A program made the position numbers and the translations under genes. Below, one piece after another: positions 10,052 to 20,708 of a stretch of DNA of 64,000 nt. The stretch lies in contig CAVVJT010000004.1 of NCBI GenBank assembly GCA_963748625.1, positions 192,001 through 256,000 on the forward strand, given 5' to 3'. The first letter of the stretch is position 1, and every line of letters begins with the position of its first letter. Below the pieces are notes generated by a model. The model had not been told where the DNA came from. It did not search any database and saw only the letters and a program-made list of their open reading frames with translations. The DNA comes from an uncultured Chloroflexia bacterium. GTDB taxonomy: Bacteria; Chloroflexota; Limnocylindria; Limnocylindrales; CSP1-4.

Positions 10052-10131
10052 GCTGTCCTCCGGAGGGGCGGCCTGCTGGTGGAGGCCATCCTAGCAGCGG
10101 GTAGCCCTCCCTTCAGCAGCCCTTTCGTTCG

Positions 10132-12852
10132 CTACCGGCCCAGCCGGTCTTGGAGCCGGTCCACCTGGTCGGCAAGCTCGGCCTCGCGGGCCCGGGCGCC
10201 CTCCACCACTGCAGGCGGCGCCTTGGCCATGAACGACTCGTTGAGCAGGCGTCCGCGGGCCGCATCGAGCAGGCGCTCGGCCTCGGCCAGCTCCTTCTCC
10301 AGGCGGGCGCGGTCGGCCTCGGCGGCGGCAGGATCCGCATGCGGCGTGCCCACGACAGCCTCGGCGGGACCGGCGATGACCGCCAGGCCGCCGGCGGCAC
10401 CCGCGGTTCCATGGAGGTCCTCACGCGTCAGGTGACGACGGAGCGGCTTCGCACGGGCGAGGCGCTCGATGGCCGGGCGCAAGGCTTCGAGGGCGCGCCC
10501 CAGCTCCGGCTCCACGTAGACGTCGAGCGGCAGCCAGGCGGCAGGCTCGAGCTTCGCGTCGGCGCGGGCGTTGCGGACGCCACGCACCAGGTCCACCAGG
10601 GCGCCGACCTCCGCTTCGGCCGCCAGGTCACGCTCCCCCACCCCTGGCCACGCCGCCACGATCAGCAGCTCCGGGTCCGTCGGACGGTGCGGGATCGCCG
10701 CCCACAGGCGCTCCGTGATGAACGGCATCACCGGGTGCAGCAGGCGCAGGTACGTGTCGAGCGCCTCCACGAGCGTCCACCACGTGGCCTCACGCTCGGC
10801 CGCGGGAACCGATTCGTCGGACAGGCGGACCTTCGCGAGCTCGATGCCCCAGTCGCAGTACTCGGACCAGATGGCGTCGTACAGGACGCGCGTCACCTCT
10901 CCGAAGGCGTAGTCGGCCATCGCCGCGTCCACGGCGGCGACGGTGGCGGCAGCGCGCGACGCGATCCAGCGCTCGGCCGGACCCTGGTGCAGGGCCGATG
11001 GCAGGCGGCGCTCGGCGTCCTCGGCGATGGTGGCCGGGCGAGCGCCCAGCACGAACCGGGTGGCGTTCCAGAGCTTGTTGGCGAAGTTGCGCGCGTTCTC
11101 CACCTTGGCGGGTCCGAAGCGCTGGTCGTTGCCGGGCGTGGCGCCGTGGACCACCGCGAAGCGCAGGGCGTCCGCGCCCATGTCGTCGATGGTGGCGAGC
11201 GGATCGACCGTGTTGCCCTTCGTCTTCGACATCTTCGCGCCGTACGGGTCGCGGATCAGGCCCGACAGGTAGACGGTGTGGAAGGGCGCGTCGCCCACCA
11301 GCTCGATGCCCAGCATCATCATCCGGGCGACCCAGAAGAACAGGATGTCGTAGCCGGTCTCCATGACAGAGCCCGGATAGAAGCGGCGCATGTCGTCGGT
11401 GGCGTCGGGCCAGCCCAGCGTGGAGAATGGCCAGAGGCCCGATGAGAACCAGGTGTCGAAGATGTCCTGGTCCTGCTGGAGCTCAGCCGCCGGACGGCCG
11501 CAGGTCTCGCAGGCCGCCGGGCCGCCGATCGCGGGGCTGACGGTGGCATGGCCGTCGGGGCAGTACCAGGCCGGAATCCGGTGGCCCCACCACAGCTGGC
11601 GCGACACGTTCCAGTCCCGGATGTTCGTCATCCAGTGCTCCCAGACCTTCTCGAAACGCTCCGGGAGGATCCGGGTGCGCCCGCCACGGGTGGCGGCGAG
11701 GGCGGCTTCGGCCAGCGGGGTGGTCCTGACGAACCACTGGGTCTTGAGGCGCGGCTCGACGACGTCGTGGCTGCGCTGGCAGCGGCCGATGACCATCTCG
11801 TGGGCGGCCTCGCTCTCGAGGTCGCCGGCGGCAGCGAGGTCCGCGAGGATCGCCGTGCGCGCCGCGTAGCGCTCCATGCCGTCATAGCGGGTGCCGGTGT
11901 TCGTGATGTGGGCGCGATCGTCGAGGATCGTGGGCATCGCGAGGCCATGGCGCTTGCCGGTCTCGTTGTCGTTGAAGTCGTGGCCGGGCGTGATCTTCAC
12001 CGCACCCGTGCCGAAGTCCAGCTCGACCACCGGGTCCGCGATCACGGGCACGTCGCGGTCCACGAACGGGATGCGCACGGTGCGTCCGATGATCGCCGTG
12101 TAGCGCGGGTCGTCCGGGTGCACCGCGACCGCCGTATCGCCCAGGATCGTCTCGGGCCGGGTGGTGGCGACGGTGAGCGTCTCGCCCGGGACCGGCTGGC
12201 CGGTGGCGTCATCGACCAGGTGGTAGCGGATGCGCCAGATCGCGCCGGTCTCGGGCGTCTGGATCACTTCGAGGTCCGACACGGACGTGCGGCAGCCGGG
12301 GCACCAGTTGATGAGCGCCTCGGCGCGGTACGCCAGTCCCTTCGTGTAGAGGCGGTAGAACGCCTCGCGGACGGCCTGGGCGCTGACCTCGTCCATCGTG
12401 AAGCGCAGGCGCCCCCAGTCGCACGACCCGCCGACGCGGCGCTGCTGGGTCAGGATGGTGTTCTTCGTCTCCTCGATGAAGACGTCCATCCGCTCGAGAT
12501 AGCGCTCGCGGCCGAGGCTCGCGCGGGTCTCGCCGTCCTGCGCGATGAGCTTGTCGAGGACGAACTGGGCGGCGATGCTGGCGTGGTCGAGGCCGGGCAG
12601 GAAGAGGCTCGGCCGGCCCAGCATCCGGGCGTGGCGGATCATGAGATCCTCGACCGTGGTCCGCTGCGCGTGACCCAGGTGCAGGGAGCCCGTCACGTTG
12701 GGCGGCGGCTGGATGATGGTGAACGGCTCGAGGGTCCAATCGGCGCGGGAGCCCTTGCCGTCGGGCGCGAAGACGTCCGCCGCCAGCCAGCGCTCGTAGA
12801 TCTCGGCTTCGAACTCCGCCGGTGCATAGGCCTTCGCCAGCTGCTCGGTCAT
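10132..12852 (-). CDS. valS: Valine--tRNA ligase
   Basis: PPPNVTGSLHLGHA (HIGH), KMSKT (KMSKS), DWNVSRQLWWGHRIP, C-terminal coiled coil; start MTEQ at 12852 after GGGAG. Confidence 0.98.
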   Translation of the reverse strand: MTEQLAKAYAPAEFEAEIYERWLAADVFAPDGKGSRADWTLEPFTIIQPPPNVTGSLHLGHAQRTTVEDLMIRHARMLGRPSLFLPGLDHASIAAQFVLDKLIAQDGETRASLGRERYLERMDVFIEETKNTILTQQRRVGGSCDWGRLRFTMDEVSAQAVREAFYRLYTKGLAYRAEALINWCPGCRTSVSDLEVIQTPETGAIWRIRYHLVDDATGQPVPGETLTVATTRPETILGDTAVAVHPDDPRYTAIIGRTVRIPFVDRDVPVIADPVVELDFGTGAVKITPGHDFNDNETGKRHGLAMPTILDDRAHITNTGTRYDGMERYAARTAILADLAAAGDLESEAAHEMVIGRCQRSHDVVEPRLKTQWFVRTTPLAEAALAATRGGRTRILPERFEKVWEHWMTNIRDWNVSRQLWWGHRIPAWYCPDGHATVSPAIGGPAACETCGRPAAELQQDQDIFDTWFSSGLWPFSTLGWPDATDDMRRFYPGSVMETGYDILFFWVARMMMLGIELVGDAPFHTVYLSGLIRDPYGAKMSKTKGNTVDPLATIDDMGADALRFAVVHGATPGNDQRFGPAKVENARNFANKLWNATRFVLGARPATIAEDAERRLPSALHQGPAERWIASRAAATVAAVDAAMADYAFGEVTRVLYDAIWSEYCDWGIELAKVRLSDESVPAAEREATWWTLVEALDTYLRLLHPVMPFITERLWAAIPHRPTDPELLIVAAWPGVGERDLAAEAEVGALVDLVRGVRNARADAKLEPAAWLPLDVYVEPELGRALEALRPAIERLARAKPLRRHLTREDLHGTAGAAGGLAVIAGPAEAVVGTPHADPAAAEADRARLEKELAEAERLLDAARGRLLNESFMAKAPPAVVEGARAREAELADQVDRLQDRLGR

Positions 12853-12866
12853 GGTCTGCTCCCGGA

Positions 12867-12903
12867 TGAAAACAGACACCCGCTCGTCCAGCGGACGAAC
12901 GGG
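12867..12903 (-). terminator. T-box intrinsic terminator hairpin
   Basis: CCCGTTCGTCC-GCT-GGACGAGCGGG followed by TGTCTGTTTT. Confidence 0.75.
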
Positions 12904-13107
12904 GTCGTGGTACCACCTGCTGGTTTCGCGCCCGGGGCCGGTCCGCTCATCGCGGGGGCTGGGTCGGGCGCGCTCGCGGCGCTCTATCGGGCGCCAGGCG
13001 CACGGCTCGCGGACGACGTTCGGACCGGCGTACCCGCGCGGCTCACACCATCCCGCGCTCGCTTGGGGCCGTCCCCGGACCTACTCCTCCCGGTCACCGC
13101 CGTGAAG
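12867..13107 (-). promoter_or_regulatory. T-box riboswitch leader of valS
   Basis: Minus-strand AGCAGGTGGTACCACG T-box (12921-12906); stem I with AGTA and GGTGTGA elements; Val specifier GTA at 13033-13031; TAGACT -10 at 13120-13115. Confidence 0.88.
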
Positions 13108-13196
13108 TGCCGGGAGTCTAGCACGCGGCCCGGTCGCTTCTCGCCGGCGGCCAGCCATCGCACAGCAACAAGACGACTCGGTGACCACGCCTGCGC

Positions 13197-14489
13197 TCAG
13201 CTCCCGGGCGCCCCCGAAGCCAGCACCCAGGTCACCCCGTCGGCGCCGTCGCGCACCTCGATCCCGGCGGCCGCGAGCCGGTCCCGGATCACGTCCGCCG
13301 TGGCCCAGTCGCGGTTGGAGCGGGCCGCCGCACGAAGGTCGAGAAGCGCCGCCACGAGCGGCTCGAGCGCGGTCCTCGGGTCCGCGCCGCCGGTCGCCGC
13401 CACCTCTCCCAGGCGCACGATGAGCGACCGGAACGTCGCGCTCGCGTTGTCCAGCTCGTAGCTGACCTCGCCGCCGCGGATCCGGGCCTCGATGGCGGAG
13501 TCCAGGTCCAGCAGCGCACCCACGGCGTCACGGATGGCGCCGCTGCCGAGGGCCGCGATGAATGCGCCCTCCAGCTCCGTCATCTCGTCGCGCATGGGGG
13601 CCGCCAGCCTGCTCGGCCGGGCCGCCGCCTCAACGCCCGCCAGCGCGGCCGCACGGACCGCCTCCGCCGACTCCCCTGCCGCGAGACCCCGGGCCGCCTC
13701 GCCGAGCGCCTCGATCGCGATCTCCGTCCCGGCCGCGAACCGTGTGCTGCGCCCGTCCACGCGGACGGTCACGCCGCCCAGGCCCACGACGCCCGCCGTG
13801 GCGGCCTCGAGGTCCAGCAAGAGCGCCGTGTGGCTGTCCACGCCGAGCACGAACGCGCCGTGGGGGAGCTGCTCCTCGAGCATTCGGAGGCGGCGCTCGC
13901 CCATGTAGCAGAAGCGCGTGTCGTGGTTGCCGCCTTCGGCGTTGTCGTAGTGGGGCACAACCGCCGCGCGCAGGCCGGTGGCGGCCCCGAGCAGGTCCAG
14001 CCCGGCGAGCCAGCGCGGGTCCTCGCCCACCTTGTAGATCTCGTACACGGGGATGGTCACGACACCCAGCGTGAGGGCGGCGGCGCTCGCCATCGTGAGG
14101 ACGCCGCCACCGGTCAGCTTCTCGCGCAAGGCGTCCGGGATCGGCCCGCCGGCCCACTGGTTGAGCGCGTAGCTGGGGCTTCCGGGGCCGGCCATCACGT
14201 ACCGGGAGCCGCGGATCCGGGCGACCGCCGTGGCCTCGGTCAGCGTGTCCACCTCGCGATGGCGGTAGGAGGCCACCTCCACCGGGTTGCCCACGCTGGT
14301 GCCGAAGAACTCAAGGGTCCGGGCGGAGAGCTCGTCGGCGTTCTCCTGGAACCCGTACGGCGTGTCCACGATGGCGGCAGGAACCGGGCCGGGCGCGCCG
14401 AACCGCTCGAACAGCGCGCGGTGGACCTTGGCCATGGCGGGCGCGGTCTCACCGGAGCCCATGACGGCCAGGATCCGGGGCGCGTTCAT
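13197..14489 (-). CDS. Peptidase S51/cyanophycinase-like domain fused to a CysRS-type C-terminal (anticodon-binding) domain
   Basis: Start [14 protein letters not shown] at 14489; [15 protein letters not shown] (nucleophile Ser position), VVPHYDN; C-terminus [40 protein letters not shown] matches the CysRS tail pattern. Confidence 0.75.
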   Translation of the reverse strand: MNAPRILAVMGSGETAPAMAKVHRALFERFGAPGPVPAAIVDTPYGFQENADELSARTLEFFGTSVGNPVEVASYRHREVDTLTEATAVARIRGSRYVMAGPGSPSYALNQWAGGPIPDALREKLTGGGVLTMASAAALTLGVVTIPVYEIYKVGEDPRWLAGLDLLGAATGLRAAVVPHYDNAEGGNHDTRFCYMGERRLRMLEEQLPHGAFVLGVDSHTALLLDLEAATAGVVGLGGVTVRVDGRSTRFAAGTEIAIEALGEAARGLAAGESAEAVRAAALAGVEAAARPSRLAAPMRDEMTELEGAFIAALGSGAIRDAVGALLDLDSAIEARIRGGEVSYELDNASATFRSLIVRLGEVAATGGADPRTALEPLVAALLDLRAAARSNRDWATADVIRDRLAAAGIEVRDGADGVTWVLASGAPGS

Positions 14490-15343
14490 TCGGCGTCCTC
14501 GCCGGCGAGCATGTCGATCATCACGTCGGCAAGTTCGGCCGGATGCTGGGCATGGATGTCGTGGTCGCCGGTGAACCAGCGCACGCGTGCATCGGGCAGC
14601 AGGGCCGCGGCGTGCCTGACGTCCTCCCGCTTGCGGAGCTCCCGGTCCGGGTCGCCGCCCGCCGCGGGCACCAGCAGCACCGGCACGGGGATGTGCTCGT
14701 ACAGCGCCGACGGATGGTGGTCCCACATGCCCCGGAGCACCGCGATGTGCCGCTCGTAGGTGAGCCACGGCGCGATCGTCCCGTCCGGGCGGACCTCGAA
14801 GTTGGCGAGGGTGCCTGCGAGGCCGGTCTCGGGCCAGTCCGGGTGCGCACTCCGGATGTACGCCTCGATGTCGCTGCGGTGCAGGCCGGCAAGGCGCGGC
14901 GGCGCGAGGATGGCCTCGCACTCGGCCCACGAGGAGAAGACCGCCGAGGGCTCCAGCCAGCCGCCGTCCACGCAGACCACGCCGCGGGCGCTGTCGTGGT
15001 GGCGTGCCGCCAGGTCGAGCACGACATTCCCGCCCCAGGACTGGCCGGCGACGATCGGCTGGTCGAGCCCGAGCGCGACGATAAGCGCGGCGACGTCGTC
15101 GGCGACGGTCGGCGTGTCGTACGGGCCGTCCGGCTTGGACGACCGCCCATGGCCGCGCAGGTCGACAGTCACCGCGACGTGGCCCCGCTCCGCGAGCCGG
15201 GCGGCCACGCCGTCCCACATCCGGGCATTGGACGCGAGGCCGTGCACGAGCACGAAGGCCGGACGAGCGGCGCCATCGGCCGGCGGCCACCTGTCGGCTG
15301 CGAGCTCCACGCCCTCGGCGACCGGGATCCGCTGGGTCTGCAT
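14486..15343 (-). CDS. Alpha/beta fold hydrolase
   Basis: [23 protein letters not shown] nucleophile elbow, C-terminal GDHDIH; start MQTQ at 15343. Confidence 0.9.
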   Translation of the reverse strand: MQTQRIPVAEGVELAADRWPPADGAARPAFVLVHGLASNARMWDGVAARLAERGHVAVTVDLRGHGRSSKPDGPYDTPTVADDVAALIVALGLDQPIVAGQSWGGNVVLDLAARHHDSARGVVCVDGGWLEPSAVFSSWAECEAILAPPRLAGLHRSDIEAYIRSAHPDWPETGLAGTLANFEVRPDGTIAPWLTYERHIAVLRGMWDHHPSALYEHIPVPVLLVPAAGGDPDRELRKREDVRHAAALLPDARVRWFTGDHDIHAQHPAELADVMIDMLAGEDAE

Positions 15344-15536
15344 GCGCTGATTGTGCCCCTCTCGCGCACTCCGGGCTGCCGCCGGCATGTCGCCGGGGCC
15401 ACGCGGCAGTTGTCAACTCGCCGACCCACCGCAACGGCCTGCGGCCGCATACGATCGAGGCAGGGCAACAACCCGTCCAGTTGCCCCTCCGGGTGCAGGG
15501 AGAGCACCCGGCTCGCGCCCCAGGGGAGTTCCAGCC

Positions 15537-18500
15537 ATGCGTCCCAACCGGTCCACTCGCTGGCGCGCGCCGCGCGCCGCCCTGCTCGCCGTCACGCTGC
15601 TGGCGGCGACGCTCAGCTCGGGGCTGAGCGCTCCCCCGGCGCTGGCCGTCGCCACGGTGCCGGCCGTGACCAGCTTCTTCCCTGCCGTCTCGACCGCGAA
15701 TGGCTCCTTCGCCTACAACCTGTACTTCAACGAACCGGTGACCGGCCTCGATGCGGGGGACTTCGGCACCTCCCGACGCACCTGCTCAGTCGCCTTCTCC
15801 ACCTCGAATTCGATCAACTGGACGATCACCTTGTCCTCCTGCCCGGAGGGCCAGGTGTGGCTCGCGCTGGACGCCCAGAGCGTCACCGCCGCACTTGGGC
15901 CGATCACGGGCCCGACTGCCCCGGCCATCTCGTCCGGCAGCGTCGCGGTCGACCACACCGCCCCGACGTCCAGCGTCTCCTTCGACGCCGCCGGGACGGG
16001 GCCTTCCGCTGCATACAGCGTGTTCGGATCGCCGGTCTACGCAGACCCCGTCTCAGCGCAAGTCGCCTCGGGCGTGCAGTGGCTCGACGTCTACTACGCG
16101 ACGGGATCGGACATGGCGAACCCGACCAAGTGCGGAACGTACGAGCCCGGCGAAGGCGGGCCCGTGAGCGTGACCTGCACCCTCCCGACCACTCCAGGCA
16201 CCTACTGGCTGGGCTCCGCCGCGCGCGACTTCGCCGGCAATGTCGAGACCCTCACCGCCGATGACTCCGTCGTCGTGGACGGAACGCCGCCCTCGGCCAC
16301 GGTGACCCAGCGGGGCAACCTCACCAACGCGCAGCCCGTGCAGTTCGACGTCAGCTACAGCGAGCCCGTGTTCGGCCTGACCGTCGATGACTTCACGAGG
16401 ACCGGCGGCTGCACCACCGCCGGCATCACCGGCACCGGCCCCTACGTCCTGTCCCTGTCCGGGTGCCCCGACGGTGCCGTGTCAGTCACGCACATCCTCA
16501 ACAGCCTGACCGACATCGGCGGCAACACCGGGCCCGCCACGGCGGGCACCAGGACCACCACGCTCGACACCACGCGGCCCGCGTCGGTCGGGTCCATCAC
16601 GCCCACGGTGACGGCAGCGTCCAGCGTGACCGTCGACTACGCCGCGTCGGATGCGACGTCCGGGCTCGCCCAGGTGAACGCGTACCGCACCCTCGTGGAC
16701 CAGCCCCCGGCTCCTGTGCTGTGCGGCACGACCGCATCCAGCGCGACGAGTGGCACCGTGACGTGCACCCTTCCCGACGGCGACTGGTACGTCTACACCA
16801 TCGCCAACGACGTGGCCGGCAACACCGAGCTCGCCCCGGCAATCGCCGACGACAAGATCCTTCGCGACGGGACCGGGCCCTCGGTCACGATCACCCCCGA
16901 CGCGACGCACACCAACGGGAGCCCGACCTACGGGCTCGTCTTCTCCGAGGACGCGACCGGTGTGGACGCCCCGGACTTCATGGTGTCCCCGCCGCTGTGC
17001 ACGTCGACCACGCTGTTGGGCTCCGGGACGGACTGGTCCGTCACCCTCAACGGATGCCCCGAGGGCTCCGTGACTCTCTCGCTCTCACCGGCCACCGTCG
17101 CCGACGCGCTGGGCAACCTGGGGCCGGCCGCCCTGGCCTCCGCGGCGCCGGTCGTCGTCGACAGGGCCCTCCCCACCGTCAGCTCCATCGTGCTCGCCGC
17201 CGCGTCCGACTCCGGACGCCTCAACAGCGATCGCCTGACCAACACGACCTCGCCGGTCTTCACGATGACCTTCAGCGAGCCGCTCGAGACCGGCCCGTCC
17301 GCGGGCGCCATCTCGTTCACCGGCAGTGGCTCGGCGAACTGCACGGCCGGAACCCCCACGGGCGGCGGCGCAGAGTGGTCCGTGCCGGTCACCAACTGCA
17401 ACCAGGGCACCGTCGTCCTCCACTACGAGGGCTCGACTGCGCTCGACCTCGCCGGCAACACCGATCCGGCGGTCGATACCGCGTCCGCCACCGTCACCAT
17501 CGACACCACCGCCCCGACGCTCACCCTGACGCCTTCCGGCTCCTCCCCCACGTCCAGCACGTCGCTCGGCTTCGTGGTGCAGGGCAACGAGGCGCTCAAC
17601 TGCTCCACGCTGAGCGGCACCAACGGCGTCGACTTCGCCTTCACCAACGTGGCCTCGACGGACACGTCCATCACCGGCGTGAACTCGTGCGCCCTGCCGG
17701 TCACGAGCTCCATCTCAGGCGGCGCGACTGGTGCCACGATGCTCACCAAGGCCGCGAGCTTCAGCGTCAGCGATGACGCCGGCAACCCGGCCACCGCAAT
17801 CTCGGGCTCGCCCGCCTCGGTTACCGTGGACCGCGCAGCCCCGACCGTGGTGCTGGCACCGATCGCCACCGCGGTGAGCGCCACCGGAGCCACGTACACC
17901 GCCACCTTCGACGAGCCGACCGGCACGCCGGCCGCGAGCGCCTTCTCGATCGCCGGCAGCACGGCGACGGGCTGTTTCGTGGCCCCGCCTGAGGTCTCCG
18001 GCGACCACGTCCAGGTCGTCGTCGAGTGCGCCAGCACCGGCATGGTGCAGCTGCGGCTGCTCGCCAACTCGGTCATGGACGAAGCGGGCAACCTGGGCCC
18101 AAGCGTCGACGTGGACGCGGCGACGGTGACCCTCGACCTCGAGGCACCGGTCGTGAGCAGCCTCACCGTCACGCCCCGGGTCGGGGGTCGAGTGGCCGGT
18201 TCGTCGATCCCGGTGACCGTCGCCTGGACCGGGACCGACCCCGGCGGCACCGGCATCGCCTCCTACGCGGTCGAGCGCTCGCCAGACGGCGGAGCCACCT
18301 GGGGCCCGGCCACCGGCACGTTCAGCGGCGCGTCCCTCGCCACCACGATGCCTGCGACCGGCAGCGTCCTGTTCCGGGCGCGCGGCACCGACAACGCGAG
18401 CAACACCGGTGCTTTCGGACCGGCGTCCACGACCTCGCCGACCAGCGCCAGCCTCGTCCAGCAGGGTGCGAAGGCCGTCACGTACAAGGGCACGTGGACC

Positions 18501-18812
18501 ACCGCGAAGTCCTCGTCGTTCTCCGGCGGCTCGGCCAAGTACGCCAAGACCAAGGGGCGCTCCGCGTCCTACACGTTCACCGGTCGGTCGGTCGCGTTCG
18601 TGAGCACGAACGCCTCGAACCGGGGCAGGGTGAAGATCTACGTCAACGGCACCCTCGCGAAGACGGTGGACCTCAAGGGCGCCACCAAGTACGGCGCCGT
18701 CGTGTGGCAGCAGACCTGGTCGACATCGGCCAAGCGCACCGTCAAGGTCGTGGTGCAGGGCACCAGCGGCCGTCCGCGGGCGGACGTTGACGCCTTCGTC
18801 GTCCTCAAGTAG
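15537..18812 (+). CDS. Large secreted Ig-like (Big-repeat) surface protein with a basic C-terminal domain
   Basis: Signal peptide [10 protein letters not shown]...ALA; repeated F(S/N)EPVTG, D.AGN and D.TAP motifs with Cys pairs; Lys-rich C-terminal domain ending DVDAFVVLK. Confidence 0.85.
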   Translation: MRPNRSTRWRAPRAALLAVTLLAATLSSGLSAPPALAVATVPAVTSFFPAVSTANGSFAYNLYFNEPVTGLDAGDFGTSRRTCSVAFSTSNSINWTITLSSCPEGQVWLALDAQSVTAALGPITGPTAPAISSGSVAVDHTAPTSSVSFDAAGTGPSAAYSVFGSPVYADPVSAQVASGVQWLDVYYATGSDMANPTKCGTYEPGEGGPVSVTCTLPTTPGTYWLGSAARDFAGNVETLTADDSVVVDGTPPSATVTQRGNLTNAQPVQFDVSYSEPVFGLTVDDFTRTGGCTTAGITGTGPYVLSLSGCPDGAVSVTHILNSLTDIGGNTGPATAGTRTTTLDTTRPASVGSITPTVTAASSVTVDYAASDATSGLAQVNAYRTLVDQPPAPVLCGTTASSATSGTVTCTLPDGDWYVYTIANDVAGNTELAPAIADDKILRDGTGPSVTITPDATHTNGSPTYGLVFSEDATGVDAPDFMVSPPLCTSTTLLGSGTDWSVTLNGCPEGSVTLSLSPATVADALGNLGPAALASAAPVVVDRALPTVSSIVLAAASDSGRLNSDRLTNTTSPVFTMTFSEPLETGPSAGAISFTGSGSANCTAGTPTGGGAEWSVPVTNCNQGTVVLHYEGSTALDLAGNTDPAVDTASATVTIDTTAPTLTLTPSGSSPTSSTSLGFVVQGNEALNCSTLSGTNGVDFAFTNVASTDTSITGVNSCALPVTSSISGGATGATMLTKAASFSVSDDAGNPATAISGSPASVTVDRAAPTVVLAPIATAVSATGATYTATFDEPTGTPAASAFSIAGSTATGCFVAPPEVSGDHVQVVVECASTGMVQLRLLANSVMDEAGNLGPSVDVDAATVTLDLEAPVVSSLTVTPRVGGRVAGSSIPVTVAWTGTDPGGTGIASYAVERSPDGGATWGPATGTFSGASLATTMPATGSVLFRARGTDNASNTGAFGPASTTSPTSASLVQQGAKAVTYKGTWTTAKSSSFSGGSAKYAKTKGRSASYTFTGRSVAFVSTNASNRGRVKIYVNGTLAKTVDLKGATKYGAVVWQQTWSTSAKRTVKVVVQGTSGRPRADVDAFVVLK

Positions 18813-18848
18813 ATCCCGAGTGTGGTGCACCAGGAGCAGAATTGACGG

Positions 18849-20348
18849 GTGACGCACCTCCACCCGGCCCGCCTGCTCCTGGTGTCCTCCATGGCCTGCA
18901 CGCTCCTCACCGGATCGCTGGCTGCCTGCGGGGCACCGGCATCCTCCTCCGCCTCCCCCTCCCAGGACGCGCCGGCTGCCGGTGCCACGGTGAGCCCCGT
19001 TGACGCGGACGCCGCCGGCATCGGCGGCCGTTTCGTCGAAGCCCTCGCCTCGGGCGACATGGCGGCCGCCGAGGCGATGGAGGACGCGACCATGCGCGGG
19101 GCGGCCCCGGCCAGCGCGCTCGCCCAGCTCTGGGCGCAGCTCGTCGGGCAGTTCGGCGTGTACCAGGGCATCGGCACCGTCACCACCGGGCCGGCGGGCG
19201 AGTACGTCAACGCCACCGTCGAGACCTTCTTCGCCGACAGCACCGTCCCGCTGATCGTCACCGTGGACACGGCAGGCGCTGTCGCCGGGCTCCATCTCGG
19301 CGAGCCCGGGCCGGCAGCGAGCCCGTCGGCCGCGGGCCCGGCGGCATCGGGCCCGGCGGCGTCGGGATCGGCCGCGCCGTCCGCCAGCGCGACGACGGCA
19401 CCGCCCTCCGCCGCCTACGTCGACCCGGACGCCTTCACGGAGACCGACGTCACGGTCGGGATGGAGCCGTGGGCACTGCCGGGGACCCTCTCGATGCCGA
19501 AGGGCGACGGTCCGTTCCCCGCCGTCGTCCTGGTCGCGGGCTCCGGCCCGCAGGACCGCGACGAGACGATCGGCCCGAACAAGCCGCTCCGTGACATCGC
19601 CTGGGGCCTTGCGTCCAGCGGAATCGCGGTGCTGCGCTACGACAAGCGCACCAAGGCGCACCAGGCGGAGATGGCCCCGGTGGCGGCGACGATCACGGTG
19701 AAGGAGGAGGTCCTCGACGACGCGGTCGCCGCGGTGGACCTCCTGCGGGCAACGCCCGGGATCGACCCGGACCGCGTCGTGGTGGCCGGCCACAGCCTCG
19801 GCGGGTACCTGGCGCCCCGGATCGCGGAACAGGCGGCCGGCCGCGTCGCCGGAGTCGCCTTGCTCGAAGGCAGCATCAGCCCGCTCGAGGACCTCATCGA
19901 GGCCCAGCTCACCTACCTCACCTCCGATGCGGGCGGCGCCGACCCGACCGCGAAGGCCATGCTCGAGGCGCTCCCGGCCCAGCTCGAGGCGCTTCGCTCG
20001 CCTGATCTCTCGCCCACCACACCCGCGTCAGAGCTCCCGCTGGGCATACCGGCCGCGTACTGGCTGGACCTGCGGACGTACGACGCGGGCACGACCGCCG
20101 CCGCCCTTGGCATCCCGATCCTGGTGGTGCAGGGCGGTCGTGACTACCAGGTGCCCCCGTCCGAGGCGGAGCTCTGGCGCACCGCCCTCGTCGGCACGAA
20201 GGACGTGACCATCACGACCTACCCATCCCTGAACCACCTGATGCTCGCGGGCGATGGCCCTCCGCGCCCGACCGAGTACGCGACTCCCGGCCACGTCGAC
20301 GAGGCGGTCGTCACCGATCTCGCCGCCTGGGTGCGCGCGCTCCCCTGA
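18849..20348 (+). CDS. Lipoprotein alpha/beta hydrolase with a DUF3887-like N-domain
   Basis: Lipobox LAAC; GSGPQDRDE, LRYDKR, GHSLGG, QGGRDYQV and YPSLNHL motifs. Confidence 0.87.
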   Translation: MTHLHPARLLLVSSMACTLLTGSLAACGAPASSSASPSQDAPAAGATVSPVDADAAGIGGRFVEALASGDMAAAEAMEDATMRGAAPASALAQLWAQLVGQFGVYQGIGTVTTGPAGEYVNATVETFFADSTVPLIVTVDTAGAVAGLHLGEPGPAASPSAAGPAASGPAASGSAAPSASATTAPPSAAYVDPDAFTETDVTVGMEPWALPGTLSMPKGDGPFPAVVLVAGSGPQDRDETIGPNKPLRDIAWGLASSGIAVLRYDKRTKAHQAEMAPVAATITVKEEVLDDAVAAVDLLRATPGIDPDRVVVAGHSLGGYLAPRIAEQAAGRVAGVALLEGSISPLEDLIEAQLTYLTSDAGGADPTAKAMLEALPAQLEALRSPDLSPTTPASELPLGIPAAYWLDLRTYDAGTTAAALGIPILVVQGGRDYQVPPSEAELWRTALVGTKDVTITTYPSLNHLMLAGDGPPRPTEYATPGHVDEAVVTDLAAWVRALP

Positions 20349-20378
20349 ACGGGACCCAGCCGCTCACCCCGGGGCTGG

Positions 20379-20708
20379 TCAGTCGAGGTGGAACAGCTCA
20401 TCCATCGAGGCCCACCACTCGCCGGGCGCCCGATCCTCGAGCGGCTCCTGGAGCGGGCTGTTGACGGCCCACCAGGCCTGCGTGGCGGGATCCTCGGCCA
20501 TCTTCTGCATGTCTGCCTGGTAGTCATCCCCCACGTACTCGAAGTACGAGAACAGCCAGCCACCCCTGTGGAAGATCGTGTAGTTGCGGATGTTGCACGC
20601 GGTGATCATCGAGAGCACCGACGGCCAGACCGCCCGATGCAGCTCGGCATACCGGGCCAGGTTCTCGGGCGGCACGCGAAGGACGCTGCCGTAGCGCTGC
20701 ATGGTCAT
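20379..20708 (-). CDS. rhaM: L-rhamnose mutarotase family protein
   Basis: Y..LH..VWP.V...I..CNIRNYTIF...LFSYFEY...WW...MDELFHLD signature; AGGAG RBS; ATGA overlap with the upstream gene. Confidence 0.9.
   Translation of the reverse strand: MTMQRYGSVLRVPPENLARYAELHRAVWPSVLSMITACNIRNYTIFHRGGWLFSYFEYVGDDYQADMQKMAEDPATQAWWAVNSPLQEPLEDRAPGEWWASMDELFHLD

Noticed and set aside
13197-14489. Cysteine--tRNA ligase (cysS)
   Set aside because: No HIGH/KMSKS Rossmann core; only the C-terminal tail is similar
15455-15530. c-di-GMP-I riboswitch upstream of the surface protein
   Set aside because: Two hairpins and CAGGGCAA are present, but the GAAA tetraloop and GACGCAAAGC core are missing
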